Below are positions 58,753 through 64,000 of a stretch of 64,000 bases of DNA, in pieces. The position numbers were made by a program, and so were the translations under genes. Numbering within the stretch: the first letter of the stretch is position 1; each line of letters begins with the position of its first letter. The stretch covers positions 24,862,001 through 24,926,000 of the forward strand of contig OZ024751.1 in assembly GCA_964016885.1 (NCBI GenBank), written 5' to 3'. This DNA comes from Eledone cirrhosa (taxonomy: Eukaryota). The notes beneath the pieces are model-generated. The model saw only the letters and a list, made by a program, of their open reading frames with translations, ran no database searches and was not told the DNA's origin.

Positions 58753-59875
58753 CTAATTATTGATGTCGTCTAATTGTTCCTTAAGTCTTCTGTCCCACCA
58801 GACCATAAAGAGGTTAGCTATGTCACCTGCAATGCTAACGCCAATGACTGCCCCCTCCTCTTGTGCATATGCTTTACCATTAAATTTGAACATATGTTCC
58901 TTAAGGGTTAGTTTTATACTGGCCCCCACCGCATGTGCGACCATTGTCTTTAATTCATCATGGTTTTCGAGGGTCCGTATGGCTCTGGTCCACCCGCTCC
59001 ATCTTTCTGTGTGGGTCTTCTTGGCCATTGAGGTAATGGTGGATGGTCTGCCCCTTTCTGTCCTTGTGTGGCTGAGGGCGCTGAGGTCATGTGTGTCTAA
59101 GTATTCCTTGTTGTATGAGAGTTTAAGTAGGAGTCCCAGCTCACTGGTATCAATCCCACGGATCCCACATCGCTCTCGCTGATCATTTCTATGCATTTTC
59201 CACAGCAAAATCAACGCCGATGGATGGGTATGGGGTCACTACATCCATGCTTCCTATTGTATAGCCTGTTAGGTCACTAAACAGGTTGCATTTGTTGATT
59301 CTGCTGAAGAGGTCCTCCGTGCTGTCGCATATATCTGGGGACATTTCGATGATAGGGCGTATGATGAGGGCGAGGAAGTAGGAGAGTCTGTAGTTGTTAG
59401 CAATGTTAGCTCCACAGACTGGCTGTGTTGGTGGTCCTGTGACTGGGTGATTATTTACCTTGTGATCTTTGCGAAGCTCATACATACAGCGTTGGTATAT
59501 CGTTGTTCCAGGCCTGGAAGTTGTTGGCAGTGCGTTTATTAGGCTGCATTATGTTAGTTCACATCATATGTGCGTTGAGGGTTTTCTTTTCCCTTTCCTC
59601 GTGCTCTTGTTGTGTTACCTCCCTTTTGTTGATGATGTGGTGTTGCATTGCTTGGATGTAGTTTGGTAGGCTGTCAATTGACATTCTGCCATACTTGTCT
59701 GTTGGAAAGTATGCAATCTCTCCATTTCGTGAGCGCTGCATGAACTTACGCAAGCAATTTACGGATTTTCCCCCCTAATTGCTGGGTCTCCATTCTATTC
59801 TGTTTCCTGCTATGCTGTTCTAGAATCTTTTAAAGTTTAGTTCTGGCTATTGTAAATCGTGCCTCCGTTTGGTCA
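58753..59875 (-). mobile_element. Penelope-like element reverse transcriptase (disrupted)
   Basis: PTDKYGR; YELRKDHK...GPPTQPVCGA; STEDL; IGSMDVVTPYPSI; FKFNGKAYAQEEGAVIG.SIAGDIANLFM. Confidence 0.88.
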
Positions 59876-59949
59876 TCAGCTTGTGACGGTAAAAATTCCT
59901 AGTCACTGAGGAGGTCACAGAATGTGTGACGAAAGAGCCTTGACAATAT

Positions 59950-60165
59950 ATCATCATACGGCGACCTCAGCCGAAATCGGCTCAACAATTGATCTCCACG
60001 TGGGTTTGTCATTCATTGCCGCTGCCAAATCCTGGATTTCAATACCAGAATCTCTGGAGATGAGATTGAGATAGGAGAGCCTGCGCTCCCTGTTATTAGT
60101 GACTGCTTGTGGTTTCCAAAGCACTAATGGAGACACAGCCTGTTTATATATTGTCAGTTTCATGC
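59950..60165 (-). mobile_element. RTE-like LINE 3' end
   Basis: LVLWKP...LSYLNLISRDSG...AAAMNDKPTWRSIV. Confidence 0.7.
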
Positions 60166-60169
60166 CACC

Positions 60170-60512
60170 TATCTATCTATCTAAGGCGGGTAAAATTCCC
60201 GAGATCCATGGACGAGTTCTCTCCAGCGGTCTCTGTCCCTCATTATCGCTGCCATGTCCTACATCTCCAACAGACCAGTGTCTGTCCTTAGGGCATCAAC
60301 ATACGTTAACCTTGGTCTTCCTCTTCTAGTGTATCCATGTAGGGGAATACGGAAGATGATGTGGTTGAGAGGAAGAGCAAGGCCTGGGTGGCGTGCCACA
60401 GCTTGAGATCGGTGTGGAAGTCGGACCTTCGTAGAGACCTGAAAATCCGCCTCTTCATTGCTGTAGTGGAGTCTGTGCTGCTGTATGGGGCTGAGACTTG
60501 GACACTGACCAA
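60170..60512. mobile_element. RTE-like copy with 5' inversion
   Basis: 3' end on minus (60170-60344), upstream part on plus (60345-60512), compared with the colinear copy at 23640. Confidence 0.85.
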
Positions 60513-60514
60513 GA

Positions 60515-61159
<645 letters not shown>

Positions 61160-61278
61160 TACCATAACTAGTGTATATTCTTGAATAATGACATTAGTCT
61201 TGAACTTATGGGGAAGGGTATTGATGGTGGTTGAAAAAAAGTAATAAAACTCAAGCAAGTAATAAAAGCAAGAATTAC

Positions 61279-61398
61279 CTGCATTCATGTGTTTATCTAA
61301 TATGACTTGAAGTTCAGAGGCTTTCTCTTCGTACATCTGAGACTCAACAGCTAACAGGACATATTCATCCATTAACATACGAATCAGGTGAACTGAAG
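61279..61398 (-). CDS. RFX6: RFX6-like exon, end of dimerization domain (120 nt, phase 1-1); upstream exons lie beyond the window
   Basis: gctgcag acceptor, CAG|gtaatt donor; xSVHLIRMLMDEYVLLAVESQMYEEKASELQVILDKHM aligns with RFX6 [21 protein letters not shown]...ELQNLLDKYM (from memory). Confidence 0.9.
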
Positions 61399-61479
61399 CT
61401 GCAGCGAAAGAAAATTTAATGATGTAGAAAGGAAGATAAAGAGAATGTGGCTGTGCGTGTGTGTGTGAGAGAGAGAAAT

Positions 61480-61520
<41 letters not shown>

Positions 61521-61526
61521 TACAGA

Positions 61527-61699
61527 TAACTGTTTCTACTTTTGGCACAAGGCCAGCAATTACCCAGTGCATTACTGGTACTTTATTTTATCGACCCCGT
61601 AAGGATGAAAGGCAAAGTCAACCTCGGCGGGATTTGAACTCAGATCGTAAAGGGACGTAACTATGCTGGAAAGCATGGCGTCCGACCCTCTACCGATAC
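61527..61699 (-). mobile_element. SINE family A, young copy
   Basis: Inverted near-identical partner of 49516-49698. Confidence 0.9.
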
Positions 61700-61829
61700 A
61701 CGTGTAGATAGATAGATGGATAGGCTGAAAGAAAGAGGAATATATACTCTTTTACTCTTTTACCTGTTTCAGCCATCCGGCTGAGGCCATGCTGGGGCAC
61801 CGCCCTTGTGATATATATATATATTGAGT

Positions 61830-63300
61830 ATTTTCCCCTACCGGTAACTGGCTAGTACTTAGTACTACCCTCTATATTTATAATTGTATATAAAACATAT
61901 ATAAGTATAAATATTATTATTTATGTAGCACTGAAGTTTTTTTATATTCTTAAGAATAGGAAATTAATTATTAATAAAAAATATGAGATATTTAATTCAT
62001 GCCTCCACCGTTTCTCAAAATCGTCCCATAGAGTCTTTAGTTAGATTTTAAAATAGTTTACATAATTAATGGATATTCCTTTATATATAGTTTTAATTCT
62101 CACCTCTACTTATTTTTGAAAACATTTAAAAATTTTAATTAAACGCTATATATAAAAAAGCAATAAAATAATAAGATAGGTATTATTCTTTATATTTAAT
62201 TTTTAAATGATTTTCTATTCTCTAAATAATCTAATCTAAATAAGTTAACTAATTTCTTCCTCCGTTATTTTCTCCGATTATTATTTTTCTCTTATCTTCC
62301 TTCAGTATAATTTTTCATCTACTTTAAATTTAGGTTGTATCTAAATAAATTAATTTCACTAGAAATTGATAAGTTCTGCTATAGTACATACACTGTTTCT
62401 TTCTTTCAAAATAATTATACAAAGTTTTAATATCATCTACTTTAAATAATATTGTTGAATTCATAATTTTTAACATAGATAATTATCTCCCTTCTTTAAA
62501 TAATTTATCACGTAACATTAAAGCATACTTAACAATATATTTTGTAAAAATATCAAAAGAACCATATTAATTATTAAATACTTTTCTATTGAATAATTTC
62601 AATATCTAAGTATACATAATAAAGGATAGATTACCTACAAATCCTATAATCCAAATATTTCCCATTTATTATTATATCTCCATAATATTATCCATGTCAA
62701 TGGAATATTTTTCTTGATACAATATATACTTTTCATTTAATACCTATCTATAATGATTGTAAGCGAAATTAAGATTGAATAACGTTCAATTTTTGTTTTG
62801 TTTTTTTCTGACCAATCTAATTACGCTTTATTTTAAATAATTTACGAAACGTTTAAACCAACTGTAATGTTTCGCCCCAATCATTATGTGCTGAGGTTTT
62901 GCAAATTATATGCCTGAAGGTCACCAATCTGTTCAGCTCGTTTGTCTACCAGCATATTAGGAAAAGATTATACATTTTCTTTATATTTAGTCTGATTTTC
63001 CTTGTGTTTACGTCTCGTATTTGTTGGCGTAATGACACACCCGTCTCTCCTATATAGTTATGTTGACAGCCACCGTATGTGATTACGTAGATCTGGTTCT
63101 CTGATCAAGATGGTAAAAAAACTTACTCCAACACAGTAATTTACTAAACCATACATAAAGGCACTGGAGAAAAAATTTGATAAAACTTACCAAAACTTTG
63201 CGCATTACTCAGGGTTAAATTGTGCATAACTCGAGCTCCAAAAAATGACCATTTTAAAAGGAATTCTTGAGCACGTTTCTTAAAAGACCGTCCATTTTGC
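61830..63300 (-). mobile_element. Possible ancient, heavily AT-eroded Penelope-like element
   Basis: Only faint RT-like traces (LNEKYILYQ...); no intact motifs. Confidence 0.3.
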
Positions 63301-63487
63301 TTGCTTGGCTATGAAATATATTAGAAAGAATATTTAATTCAGAAATCGACTTGAAGTCTCTTTCCACAACTACATACATATTTTATTTCAGAATACATTT
63401 ATATAAAACATTTCACTATTTCAGCTCAAAGGCCTTCAAACACTGGTTCATACCAACCACTCGATCAAGTCAAAGACCTCAAACAAT

Positions 63488-63582
<95 letters not shown>

Positions 63583-63633
63583 AAAAGTTAGGTAGAAATA
63601 TCCAAGGGTAAAAGCACTCAGTTCATAGGACGA

Positions 63634-63692
<59 letters not shown>

Positions 63693-63769
63693 TTATATGT
63701 ATAAATCTTTTGGGGAGACCCTGTATATATATATATGCCGAAGCTGAAGCATTTAGACAATATGCCCCC

Positions 63770-64000
63770 ACCTCCTCTCACTGCAAAGTGGTCGTGTAGG
63801 CGCCTCGGTAAAAAAGCACCCAGTACTCACTATAAATGAGATTGGTGTTAGGAAGGGCATCCAGCTGTAGAAATGGAGCCAAAATCAGTTCCCGTATGAG
63901 GAAGACATGGTCACCTGACCTGGCATTGCCCACAACAGGACAACTCGTCTAACCCAGGCTAGTGTGGAAGAATGGACGTAAAACGATGATGATGATGATG
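63770..64000 (+). mobile_element. SINE family E with RTE-type tail
   Basis: GGTGTTAGGAAGGGCATCCAGCTGTAGAAA...GGACGTAAAACGATGATGATG. Confidence 0.88.

Noticed and set aside
61700-64000. Further upstream RFX6 exons
   Set aside because: No RFX-like peptide with splice sites found; they presumably lie beyond the window

Overview
AT-rich animal genomic DNA dominated by (TA)n/(CA)n microsatellites and retroposons. The SINE repertoire points to an incirrate octopod (inference). Almost all long entries in the ORF track are microsatellite artefacts. One real gene is well supported: the last six coding exons of an RFX6-like transcription factor on the minus strand (61398 down to the stop at 46275), with GT-AG sites and reading phases consistent throughout. 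A possible terminal exon of an unidentified plus-strand gene lies near 3242. The remainder is decayed Penelope-like elements (PLEs), RTE, Tx1/L1-like, CR1/L2-like and RLE-type LINE fragments, three SINE families, piggyBac and mariner MITEs, and minisatellites. The most interesting signal is about 14 hammerhead-ribozyme-like motifs from several unrelated PLE-type terminal repeats. One family has a fixed non-canonical core (CAGAAGA). These repeats almost always abut (TA)n and often form copy-specific fold-back palindromes. A near-identical inverted SINE pair also brackets four RFX6 exons that total 882 nt in frame. All structures were read by eye. Repeat boundaries are approximate and family names come from memory, not from searches.
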